Sequence record: KY555145.1
Reading direction: 5' to 3' (one strand)
Length of the DNA stretch: 64,000 bases
Part shown: piece by piece, positions 1-7,449 of the stretch
How the letters are laid out: each line of letters begins with the position of its first letter
Position numbering within the stretch: position 1 is the stretch's first letter
Notes under the pieces: model-generated
What the model saw: only the letters and a program-made list of their open reading frames with translations
Databases searched by the model: none
Told to the model about the DNA's origin: nothing
Position numbers and translations under genes: made by a program

Positions 1-281
1 CAGGCGGCGCCCTGGGCGATTTCGTAGGTGATCTTCGAGACGCCGATATCGACCACGAACCGGTCGGGCGAGCCGTCGAACACGTAGTTGGCCTGACACC
101 CGATAGGCATCATCTTGCCGTTGTCCATCCAGATCGCGTCCGGCGTGGCCTCGACCACGCCGCGCACCTGCGCCTGGGCCGGAGAAGGTTGCATTTCCAC
201 GCCGCCCACGGTGATCGCCACGGCCGCGAGACGCGCGCCCGGCTGGTTCAACTTGGCGATCAGGTCCTGGATCGAGTTCAC
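1..281 (-). CDS. hypothetical protein, runs off the window edge (MNSIQDLIAKLNQPG...)
   Basis: Hand-translated: GTG at 281, AAGGAGG RBS, open frame to the window edge, downstream of the promoter at 296-341; not in the ORF track. Confidence 0.75.
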   Translation of the reverse strand, partial: MNSIQDLIAKLNQPGARLAAVAITVGGVEMQPSPAQAQVRGVVEATPDAIWMDNGKMMPIGCQANYVFDGSPDRFVVDIGVSKITYEIAQGAA

Positions 282-295
282 GCGGCCTCCTTCTG

Positions 296-341
296 TCGTT
301 GTGTCGACATAAGCTCTAGCCGTGGTTTTCCGGCCTGTCAA
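296..341 (-). promoter_or_regulatory. sigma70-type promoter with variant leader (CGACACAACG)
   Basis: Minus strand TTGACA-17-TAGAGC-6-CGACACAACG followed by AAGGAGG. Confidence 0.75.
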
Positions 342-360
342 CACACAACCGCCAAGGGTC

Positions 361-392
361 AAAAGAAAACCGCCGCCCCGAAGGACGGCGGT
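361..392 (-). terminator. rho-independent terminator
   Basis: Minus strand ACCGCCGTCC-TTCG-GGGCGGCGGT followed by TTTTCTTTT, just after the stop of 419..2542. Confidence 0.8.
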
Positions 393-418
393 CATGACAG
401 AGCATGTCAGGAGGGACG

Positions 419-2542
419 TCAGACGTCCAGAGCGAAGGCCGGCGGGGAGACGTCCGGCTTCTGAATGATGAACCCCCGATCCAAGAGGGGCGGGAAGACC
501 TGCTTGAGCACGCCGGCCGCGACCCCGGCTTCCTCGGCGATTTCGGCGAACGTGAAGGCCTCGCGCTGACCGGCGCTGGCGACAAACAGATCGTTGAGCG
601 CCAGGATCACCGCGCCCGCCGGACTGATCTCGTAGGCCATGTCGAAATTCGGGTCTTCCGACAGCCGCAGCAGGCCCTCGGCCTCCAGGTTCGCGATGAG
701 CGCCTTGAGTTGGTCGACCTTGACCGCGCCAAGATGGGTTTGGATTTCCCAGGGCGCCGCCGGCTCCTCGGCGCGCACGGCTTGCAGCGTCGCGATCAAG
801 GCGATCGCCGGCATGGCCCGCACGATCATCTCGTCGCCAACCGTCAGGTCCGGGGCGTTGACCAGCAGGTCATTGATCACCGCGTCGCCGTGGGTCTCGA
901 CATAGGTCCGCAGCCGCTTGAGGGCGACCAGGAAGTCGTCCTTGGTGATCGGCTCGATGCGGAAGGTCAGGAGCGGGTCGGTCGGAATCTCCGAGAAGTA
1001 GGCCCGACCCCGGTGGCTCCAGCCCTCGACCACATGCAGGAAGAGATCGATCGGCATGGCGACGGCGCCAAAGCCCAGTCGCGCATCGTCCGTCGCCTCC
1101 TCGACCTGCGCCAGGGCGTTATCGATCGCTTCGAGCGTGAAGCCCCCGACAAGGCCGTTTTCCGCCGCGTCCAGCACGTTGGCCGCTTCTTCGGTGCCGA
1201 GCCCCTCGACGACCATTTCCGAGGCCTCCTGAGCCGTTTCCTGCGGCAGGGCGTCGGCGAGCTTGCTCATCGCCTCGGCGACGCCGCTCGTGTCGAGTTC
1301 CAGCTTCAGGGCCAGCTTCTCGGGACGCGCCGAGTAGGGCACGCCCTGGATCACCACGGCGCCCAGGTCGCCGACGACGCGCTTGGTCACTTCCAGATAG
1401 GCGTAGCGCGAGGCGGCGTTGAGCAGCGACAGCCGTTCGAAGACGATCTGCTGCTCCTGCTCGCGCGACATGATGCCCGTCTCCAGGATAAACAGCGGCT
1501 CGGAGCCGTCCAGCGGCGGCTTGGCCTCGCCGTCGTCTTCCGGATGATCCTCGTCGAACTCGGCGCCGCTGATCGGCTCGCTCTCCGGCGGGATGAAGCG
1601 GATGCCCGGCTCGCGGGGCGGTTCGGCGGGAGTGGCGTCGTCAAGAGGCATGTCGGTCCTTTGAGGCTTGGAGGTGATGAAGAGCGTGGTGAGATCGACG
1701 TCCCAGACCCCAGACCCATCGGTGAAGAGCGCCATGAAGGTCCCCAGGCGCGCGTCCCAGCGGATGGTCTGGATCACGCCGTTGACGTCGCCATAGACGC
1801 CGGTCGCCCCCACGAGTTCATCGCGCAGGACCTCCGCATGGTCGTGGCACTCACCAAGCGTCGCCGGACGCACGGCGTGGAACGGGTATTGCTGATAGGC
1901 GCCCGGCGGCGAGACGAGGCGGACATTGACGTAGAGCGGCCCCAGATGGGTGTGGGCGTCGCGCAGGAAGCCGACCACGGTCTCCCCGTCGTTCTGGGTC
2001 GCCACCACAGGCATGCCGGCGCAGTTAGCGGTCAGGACCGCCGGATAGTCCTGGGGATAGGCCACGGCGTAAAGGTGGAGATGATCACCCCGGCGCTGGG
2101 CCTTCCAGTCGGCGACACACCAAGCCGCCACGCGCGTGGCCCCGAACTCCGGCGTCTCCTCGATCAAGACGCCGCCGTCCGGAAGGTCCGCTTGCCCAAT
2201 ATAAGGAACGACCTCGCTATGGCTGACGCTCCAGGCGGGCTTGGGAAATTGCGGGGTGATCATGAGCTTCTCGGTGAAGGTGAGATTGATGGCGTCGGCG
2301 TAGTGGACATACGGGCCGACCGGGGTAGTCCAGGGCGGATCGCCCTTGCGAATGTCCGACAGCGGCACCGCGACGTGCCTGCCGTTGGGCTGGACGATGT
2401 CGGCCAGGATGCGCGGCGGCTGGTGCATCAGGGTCACGACGTGCCCCTCGCCCGCCTCGAAGGTGCGACTCTTGGGCCACCAGACCTTGGACCCGGCCCA
2501 GTGGATCGACTGGATGACGAGGTCTTGTTCGGTCCCGATCAT
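419..2542 (-). CDS. 707-aa hypothetical protein with probable C-terminal tandem winged-helix domains
   Basis: Long ORF with phage-like codon use; C-terminal LIANLEAEGLLRL and FAEIAEEAGV...LLDRGFII resemble wHTH. Confidence 0.8.
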   Translation of the reverse strand: MIGTEQDLVIQSIHWAGSKVWWPKSRTFEAGEGHVVTLMHQPPRILADIVQPNGRHVAVPLSDIRKGDPPWTTPVGPYVHYADAINLTFTEKLMITPQFPKPAWSVSHSEVVPYIGQADLPDGGVLIEETPEFGATRVAAWCVADWKAQRRGDHLHLYAVAYPQDYPAVLTANCAGMPVVATQNDGETVVGFLRDAHTHLGPLYVNVRLVSPPGAYQQYPFHAVRPATLGECHDHAEVLRDELVGATGVYGDVNGVIQTIRWDARLGTFMALFTDGSGVWDVDLTTLFITSKPQRTDMPLDDATPAEPPREPGIRFIPPESEPISGAEFDEDHPEDDGEAKPPLDGSEPLFILETGIMSREQEQQIVFERLSLLNAASRYAYLEVTKRVVGDLGAVVIQGVPYSARPEKLALKLELDTSGVAEAMSKLADALPQETAQEASEMVVEGLGTEEAANVLDAAENGLVGGFTLEAIDNALAQVEEATDDARLGFGAVAMPIDLFLHVVEGWSHRGRAYFSEIPTDPLLTFRIEPITKDDFLVALKRLRTYVETHGDAVINDLLVNAPDLTVGDEMIVRAMPAIALIATLQAVRAEEPAAPWEIQTHLGAVKVDQLKALIANLEAEGLLRLSEDPNFDMAYEISPAGAVILALNDLFVASAGQREAFTFAEIAEEAGVAAGVLKQVFPPLLDRGFIIQKPDVSPPAFALDV

Positions 2543-2964
2543 GCGGACGCCGCCGCGCCGGCCGGCGTCAAGCCGTAGATGGTGGGGCCTCGCGGCGACT
2601 TGCCGAGCGCGACCACTTCCAGATAGCCCATATTATTCAAAGCCTTTGCCGTTTCATGATCGGGATGGTCGGTGAAGACGTTGAGCCGTCCGCCCTCGCC
2701 CATTGCCTGGGCGGCGCGCAGAAGGCTCGCCTCGGCTTCGGTCAAGGTGACCAGGGCGACATCCTCCAGCGCCACGTCGATCACGCAGGTCTGGCCCTGA
2801 TGAACGAACTCGATGATCGCCAGCCGGCGATAGGTCCCCGGCAGGACCGCAAGGCAGACGCCTCGGACCTCGACCTTCTGGCGGGCGGTGATCGGGAGAT
2901 AGAGGCTCGTCTTGACGGCCTTGCCCTTGAGGGACAGATGCTCGTGCGTCGCCAGCGGGATCAT
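2539..2964 (-). CDS. hypothetical protein with C-terminal winged-helix-like segment
   Basis: 4-nt overlaps with neighbours; TAKALNNMGYLEVV...YGLTPAG pattern. Confidence 0.75.
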   Translation of the reverse strand: MIPLATHEHLSLKGKAVKTSLYLPITARQKVEVRGVCLAVLPGTYRRLAIIEFVHQGQTCVIDVALEDVALVTLTEAEASLLRAAQAMGEGGRLNVFTDHPDHETAKALNNMGYLEVVALGKSPRGPTIYGLTPAGAAASA

Positions 2965-3206
2965 GGCTCGACCTTCCGGACAGTGTAGGAGAATTCGTCG
3001 TGGACGCGACCGTCGAAACTAGCCTCGTAGCCGGGGCCGAGTTCGGCCAGGATGCGCGCCTCGATCTCGGCGAAGTCGATTTTCGCCATCGCCTGTTCGG
3101 CCGCCCGCATCTGCTGGAGGAAGCCGTCCTTGATCTGGCGCCCCGCCTCGGTGCGGATCGGGATGTTCTGGATCGGCGGCTCGGATTTCGACAGACGCTC
3201 GCCCAT
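2961..3206 (-). CDS. 81-aa protein resembling the DNA polymerase I (family A) motif-A segment
   Basis: RLSKSEPPIQNIPIRTEAGRQIKDGF...IDFAEIEARILAEL versus Pol I [26 protein letters not shown]...ADYSQIELRIMAHL (recalled alignment). Confidence 0.7.
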   Translation of the reverse strand: MGERLSKSEPPIQNIPIRTEAGRQIKDGFLQQMRAAEQAMAKIDFAEIEARILAELGPGYEASFDGRVHDEFSYTVRKVEP

Positions 3207-3754
3207 CAGGCCCTCCGGCGATAGACCCGCACCGGGCGGGTGGGGAGGCGTTTCTCAGGCGGCTTGTAGGCGACCAGGGCATGGCTGATGCAGTAGACGC
3301 CTGCCTCGGCGCGGCATCCGCAATGGCCAAAGTCCGGCGAGTTCGGGTCGCCATAGGGCCAGCGGCACATTCCGCGCTTGAGTTCGGCCGTCGCGAACAG
3401 CCGCGCCGGGCGCGGCGGGATGACCGCCGTCCCTTCAGGGACCAGGGCGAGCTTAGGCTTGGCCGGCGGAGCGGGCTTTTCGACCTTCTTGGGCTTACGC
3501 GCCGTGGCCTTCTTGACCTTGCGGACCTGGATGCCCAGGCCGCGCGTCTTCTTGCGGCGGGCGGTCGGAGGCGGAACCTTCTCGCCCAGTTCGCCGGCGG
3601 CCTTCAGTCGGTCGGCCTTACCGCAGACGGCGCTCTTGGTGCGCGGCACGCTCAGGCGCTGACCGATCTCCTTGGTCCCGACCGGCTCCGCCCAGAGCTT
3701 CTTGAGCAGGGCGATATCCTCGTCCGGCCAGTCGGAATTCCGCTTCTTCACCAC
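3206..3754 (-). CDS. gcrA: GcrA-family cell-cycle regulator
   Basis: N-terminal WPDEDIALLKKLW...RTKSAVCGKADRL and C-terminal MCRWPYGDP...HCG...YCISHALVAY match GcrA hallmarks; AAGGAG RBS. Confidence 0.92.
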   Translation of the reverse strand: MVKKRNSDWPDEDIALLKKLWAEPVGTKEIGQRLSVPRTKSAVCGKADRLKAAGELGEKVPPPTARRKKTRGLGIQVRKVKKATARKPKKVEKPAPPAKPKLALVPEGTAVIPPRPARLFATAELKRGMCRWPYGDPNSPDFGHCGCRAEAGVYCISHALVAYKPPEKRLPTRPVRVYRRRA

Positions 3755-3761
3755 GCTTGCA

Positions 3762-3941
3762 CTACTCCTTGATCTCGACGCTCTTGGGCGGATTGGGATG
3801 AGGAACGAAGACCAGGGCCACGTCCTGACCGCCGGTATAGCGCGTGCGCCGACTGTAGAGCCAGCCGCCTTCCACCGCCAACCGCTCGGTCACCTGACCA
3901 TCGGCTTCGTCGATCTTTTCCCACTTGGACTTCTTAGCCAT
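3762..3941 (-). CDS. 59-aa hypothetical protein (MAKKSKWEKIDEADGQVTERLAVEGGWLYS...ALVFVP...)
   Basis: Hand-translated, below the ORF-track cutoff; GAGGGG RBS, ATG 3941, TAG 3762; similar to 12341..12637. Confidence 0.75.
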   Translation of the reverse strand: MAKKSKWEKIDEADGQVTERLAVEGGWLYSRRTRYTGGQDVALVFVPHPNPPKSVEIKE

Positions 3942-3962
3942 CTTCCCCTCGAATTTGGCGGC

Positions 3963-3991
3963 ACCCTAGAGGAGCGTTCGAGTGTTGACAA
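3963..3991 (-). promoter_or_regulatory. leftward sigma70-type promoter of the gcrA operon
   Basis: Minus strand TTGTCA-17-TAGGGT. Confidence 0.6.
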
Positions 3992-4017
3992 GCACCAATG
4001 TCGCTGGCTTTCGAGTG

Positions 4018-4062
4018 TTGACAAGTCCGGTGCTCGTCTATAGGGAGATCGGGACGACAACG
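4018..4062 (+). promoter_or_regulatory. sigma70-type promoter with GACGACAACG leader
   Basis: TTGACA-17-TAGGGA-6-GACGACAACG followed by AAAGGAG. Confidence 0.8.
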
Positions 4063-4075
4063 AAAGGAGCCCGCC

Positions 4076-4384
4076 ATGCGCTATGTGCTCGACTATGCCG
4101 ACGACCGGGACAAGCCGGTCTACACCGACTTCCAGGCCGGCGACCGCAAGGCGGCCATCGCCAAGGCCAAGCGCCTGCTCGCCAAGGCGATCAAGACCGT
4201 CGATTTCTCGCTCCATGGGGCCTACATCTTCGTCGATCCGACGGGCGTCGCCCGCGACGTCGACGACATGATCCCGTTCGGCATGCTGAGCACGATGGCC
4301 TACGCCAGCATCATCACCCCGTCGATGATCTCGTTCGACGACCGCGACGCCAAGGCGGCGATCGCCGCGAGGCTCGCCCAATGA
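4076..4384 (+). CDS. hypothetical protein
   Basis: ATG after AAAGGAG; 102 aa. Confidence 0.8.
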   Translation: MRYVLDYADDRDKPVYTDFQAGDRKAAIAKAKRLLAKAIKTVDFSLHGAYIFVDPTGVARDVDDMIPFGMLSTMAYASIITPSMISFDDRDAKAAIAARLAQ

Positions 4385-4593
4385 TGGATCGTCAGGACGT
4401 CAAGCCCGGCTTCATCTATCGCGGCGGCAAGAACGGTGCCCTTCGGCAGGTCGTGAGCTACGGCGCCACGCCTGACTACGTCTGCTGGGCCAATCCGCAT
4501 GATCGCTTGCCCTATGGCGGCTTCATGTCCACCACCTGCACCTCCAAGGCGTCCTTCGCCCGCTGGGCCGACAAGATCGAGGAAGAGGTCTGA
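4381..4593 (+). CDS. hypothetical protein (MMDRQDVK...), copy A
   Basis: ATGA overlap with upstream stop; duplicated at 5299. Confidence 0.8.
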   Translation: MMDRQDVKPGFIYRGGKNGALRQVVSYGATPDYVCWANPHDRLPYGGFMSTTCTSKASFARWADKIEEEV

Positions 4594-4865
4594 TGAACAC
4601 CTTTTTCCTCCGGCAGACCAAACGGGACGAGCAGGGCCGGCGCTACTTCGAGTTCGTCGATCCTGACCTGACCCAGCGCCTCTATGTCCGCAAGCCGCCG
4701 GACGACTGGTCCGAGGGCTTCCCGATCGTCCTGGAGGACTTCGTCGACGGCAAGCCCGCCGGCTCCATCATCTGCCCGGCCGGGAAGAAGCGGGGGCACG
4801 GCTTCGCGGCCTTCTTCAAGGCCAACCCCAAGGATTTCCGCAAGCTCAAGAAAGGTCGCCTATGA
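4593..4865 (+). CDS. hypothetical protein (MNTFFLRQ...), copy A
   Basis: TGATG overlap; identical protein at 5789. Confidence 0.8.
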   Translation: MNTFFLRQTKRDEQGRRYFEFVDPDLTQRLYVRKPPDDWSEGFPIVLEDFVDGKPAGSIICPAGKKRGHGFAAFFKANPKDFRKLKKGRL

Positions 4866-5128
4866 GGATTCCCCAGCCCGTCGAGTTCACCGTGGCCGAC
4901 CTCATCGCCCACCTTGCGACCCTGCCCCAGGACGCCAAGGTCGGCGTGCGCGGCGGGTTCGGGGGGTTCGGGGGCTTCCGGCCGCTCGACGAGATCGCCC
5001 CGATCGAACTCGTCACCTTCTACGGCGAGACCGACGTCGACCGCATGACGCTGGCGACCGCCGACCCCATCGCCATCAACTGGAAGGGCAAGCGCGGCGA
5101 GCCCTTCACGGCCATCATTCTCGACTAG
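4862..5128 (+). CDS. hypothetical protein (MRIPQPV...), copy A
   Basis: ATGA overlap; copy at 6058. Confidence 0.8.
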   Translation: MRIPQPVEFTVADLIAHLATLPQDAKVGVRGGFGGFGGFRPLDEIAPIELVTFYGETDVDRMTLATADPIAINWKGKRGEPFTAIILD

Positions 5129-5136
5129 GAGGACCC

Positions 5137-5298
5137 ATGACCAACCGTGTCTGGATTGAACTCGAACCGTCGCGACGTCGACGACATGATCCCGTTCGGC
5201 ATGCTGAGCACGATGGCCTACGCCAGCATCGTCACCCCGTCGATGATCTCGTTCGACGACCGCGACGCCAAGGCCGCGATCGCCGCGAGGCTCGCCCA
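5137..5298 (+). pseudogene. duplication junction: 12-codon 5' fragment of the 6324 gene joined to the 3' fragment of the 4076 gene
   Basis: MTNRVWIELEPS at 5137 is identical to the start of 6324; sequence from 5171 matches 4253 onward. Confidence 0.8.
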
Positions 5299-5511
5299 AT
5301 GATGGATCGTCAGGACATCCAGCCCGGCTTCATCTATCGCGGCGGCAAGAACGGAACCCTGCGTCAGATCGTGAGCTATGGGGCGACCGAGGATTTCGTC
5401 TGCTGGGCCAATCCCCACGACCGCCTGCCCTACGGCGGCTTCATCTCCACCATCTGCACGTCCAGGACGTCGTTCGCCCGCTGGGCCGACAAGATCGAGG
5501 AAGAGGTCTGA
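5299..5511 (+). CDS. hypothetical protein (MMDRQDIQ...), copy B
   Basis: 10 of 70 residues differ from 4381..4593. Confidence 0.8.
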   Translation: MMDRQDIQPGFIYRGGKNGTLRQIVSYGATEDFVCWANPHDRLPYGGFISTICTSRTSFARWADKIEEEV

Positions 5512-5792
5512 TGCTGTACAGCATGATCACGGGCGACTCTCCCGAAGACGAATTCGCCGACTATGAGTTCGCCAACGGGACCCAGGTCCACAATTCTCAA
5601 GCCGAGGACGATGGAACCTTCCGTCGCATGATCACCACGCCCAAGGGGATCAACGTCACCTTCTGGAACGTGATGCCCGTCGAGATCGTGGGCGAGGTCG
5701 CGGCCGAACTCGATCGGGTCGCGGCGGTCAACTTCGAGCAGGGCAAGCGTGCGAAGGCAGGTGAAATCATTCGCGTGTTGGGGCTCGGATGA
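5511..5792 (+). CDS. hypothetical protein present only in copy B
   Basis: TGATG and ATGA overlaps on both sides. Confidence 0.8.
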   Translation: MLYSMITGDSPEDEFADYEFANGTQVHNSQAEDDGTFRRMITTPKGINVTFWNVMPVEIVGEVAAELDRVAAVNFEQGKRAKAGEIIRVLGLG

Positions 5793-6061
5793 ACACCTTC
5801 TTCCTTCGGCAGACCAAACGGGACGAGCAGGGTCGACGCTACTTTGAGTTCGTCGATCCTGACCTGACCCAGCGCCTCTATGTCCGCAAGCCGCCGGACG
5901 ACTGGTCCGAGGGCTTCCCGATCGTCCTGGAGGACTTCGTCGATGGCAAGCCCGCCGGCTCCATCATCTGCCCGGCCGGGAAGAAGCGGGGGCATGGCTT
6001 CGCGGCCTTCTTCAAGGCCAACCCTAAGGATTTCCGCAAGCTCAAGAAAGGTCGCCTATGA
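5789..6061 (+). CDS. hypothetical protein (MNTFFLRQ...), copy B
   Basis: Duplicate of 4593..4865. Confidence 0.8.
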   Translation: MNTFFLRQTKRDEQGRRYFEFVDPDLTQRLYVRKPPDDWSEGFPIVLEDFVDGKPAGSIICPAGKKRGHGFAAFFKANPKDFRKLKKGRL

Positions 6062-6315
6062 GGATTCCCCAGCCCGTCGAGTTCACCGTGGCCGACCTCA
6101 TCGCCCACCTTGCGACCCTGCCCCAGGACGCCAAGGTCGGCGTGCGCGGCGGGTTCGGGGGCTTCCGGCCGCTCGACGAGATCGCCCCGATCGAACTCGT
6201 CACCTTCTACGGCGAGACCGACGTCGACCGCATGACGCTGGCGACCGCCGACCCCATCGCCATCAACTGGAAGGGCAAGCGCGGCGAGCCCTTCACGGCC
6301 ATCATTCTCGACTAG
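6058..6315 (+). CDS. hypothetical protein (MRIPQPV...), copy B
   Basis: Duplicate of 4862..5128 with one fewer GGF unit. Confidence 0.8.
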   Translation: MRIPQPVEFTVADLIAHLATLPQDAKVGVRGGFGGFRPLDEIAPIELVTFYGETDVDRMTLATADPIAINWKGKRGEPFTAIILD

Positions 6316-6323
6316 GAGGACCC

Positions 6324-6563
6324 ATGACCAACCGTGTCTGGATTGAACTCGAACCGTCCGCGTCCGAGGGCCACGCCCGCGCCGCCGCCGCGTCGGCCAT
6401 GCTGAAGCGCCTGGGTGTCGACGTCGGCGTCCACAAGCCGGTGTTCTGGCACGAGCGCAATGAGCGCTACTGCTTCACGCTCGACGCCTCGGGCGTCTAC
6501 GTCGAGGCCGAGGACCACGGCCACTGGTACAACCTCGATTTCCTGGCGGGCGCCGATGTCTGA
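6324..6563 (+). CDS. hypothetical protein (MTNRVWIELEPS...)
   Basis: AGGAGG RBS, ATG 6324. Confidence 0.8.
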   Translation: MTNRVWIELEPSASEGHARAAAASAMLKRLGVDVGVHKPVFWHERNERYCFTLDASGVYVEAEDHGHWYNLDFLAGADV

Positions 6564-6951
6564 GGTCTTCCCGCCGATCCGCCCCCGCGAGGCCAGGGAC
6601 GAGGAAATCCACGGCTTCGTCGTCCGCTACGGCTGGTTCTGGAACGTGACCCTGCTGAACGGCACGATCCTGGCCTTCGATCCCGACGATGTCGACCCCT
6701 GCCGCTACGGCGTGACGGGCAAGGACGACTTCCGCAACCTCGCCGGCGCGCCCGAGACGATCGCGGCCTACGAGTGCGTCCAGGGCTGGCACGCCAAGGC
6801 CAAGCACCTCTCGGGCTGGACCGAACGTCACGACGACCGGCTCGAAGCCCTGCGGACGGCTTATCGCCGCCTGGAGGAGCAGCGCGAGCGCAATAGCCGC
6901 GCCCTGGAGGAGCACGGCGGCATCTTCAAGTTTCTGGAAGGTCAGGACTGA
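6556..6951 (+). CDS. hypothetical protein (MSEVFPP...)
   Basis: ATG overlapping the upstream stop. Confidence 0.75.
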   Translation: MSEVFPPIRPREARDEEIHGFVVRYGWFWNVTLLNGTILAFDPDDVDPCRYGVTGKDDFRNLAGAPETIAAYECVQGWHAKAKHLSGWTERHDDRLEALRTAYRRLEEQRERNSRALEEHGGIFKFLEGQD

Positions 6952-7193
6952 TGCAGAGGACCCTCCATTCGACTGGCCAGGAACTCTCGGTCAAGTTCAA
7001 GTTCCCCAGTGAAAACCTGACCTTGACCGTGCATGCCGAACAGGACAGCCCGATGGCGTTCCTCTGGGTCGAAGGCCGCTCGGTCGACTATTTCGAGAAG
7101 CTCCTGAGCTTCGAGCCGGCCGATCTCGATCTCTTGATCGCCACCCTGTCCGAGGCGCGCAAGATGATCCGCGAGCGCGAGCCGCAGGACTGA
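6951..7193 (+). CDS. hypothetical protein
   Basis: TGATG overlap. Confidence 0.75.
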   Translation: MQRTLHSTGQELSVKFKFPSENLTLTVHAEQDSPMAFLWVEGRSVDYFEKLLSFEPADLDLLIATLSEARKMIREREPQD

Positions 7194-7194
7194 C

Positions 7195-7449
7195 ATGCTG
7201 ACCAAGGACGAGATCACCTTCGCGGGCCTGATCAAGGCCATGGAGGACGCCCGACGCACCGCCAAGGCGGCGGGCGATCTCGTCAGCACGGCCGAGATCG
7301 ACCGCTGGTTCAAGGAACACGCGCCGATCATCCGGGAGGTCCGCGACAAGGCCGAGGCCGACGAATTCGACGCTGGCGCGAGAGTGTTGACAACCTCTGA
7401 GGAAGGGACTAAAGACACCCTCGACGACAGCGAAAGGAGCCTGCCTTGA
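7195..7449 (+). CDS. hypothetical protein; C-terminus runs through the next promoter
   Basis: ORF track; packed in operon. Confidence 0.7.
   Translation: MLTKDEITFAGLIKAMEDARRTAKAAGDLVSTAEIDRWFKEHAPIIREVRDKAEADEFDAGARVLTTSEEGTKDTLDDSERSLP
7387..7432 (+). promoter_or_regulatory. sigma70-type promoter with CGACGACAGCG leader
   Basis: TTGACA-17-TAAAGA-6-CGACGACAGCG followed by AAAGGAG. Confidence 0.75.

Larger units (their letters stand above)
4253..6358 (+). repeat. tandem duplication: copy A 4253-5171, copy B 5171-6358 (B carries an extra gene)
   Basis: Offsets of 918, 1196 and 1187 nt between matching segments; three genes duplicated. Confidence 0.95.

Noticed and set aside
404-2578. 724-aa plus-strand ORF
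   Set aside because: Shadow of the minus-strand 707-aa gene, which has operon overlaps and a terminator.
3982-5511. Long ORF-track starts (3982..4593, 4684..5511, 5880..6563 and many similar)
   Set aside because: Upstream extensions overlap other genes out of frame; internal starts with SD or stop/start overlap were preferred.
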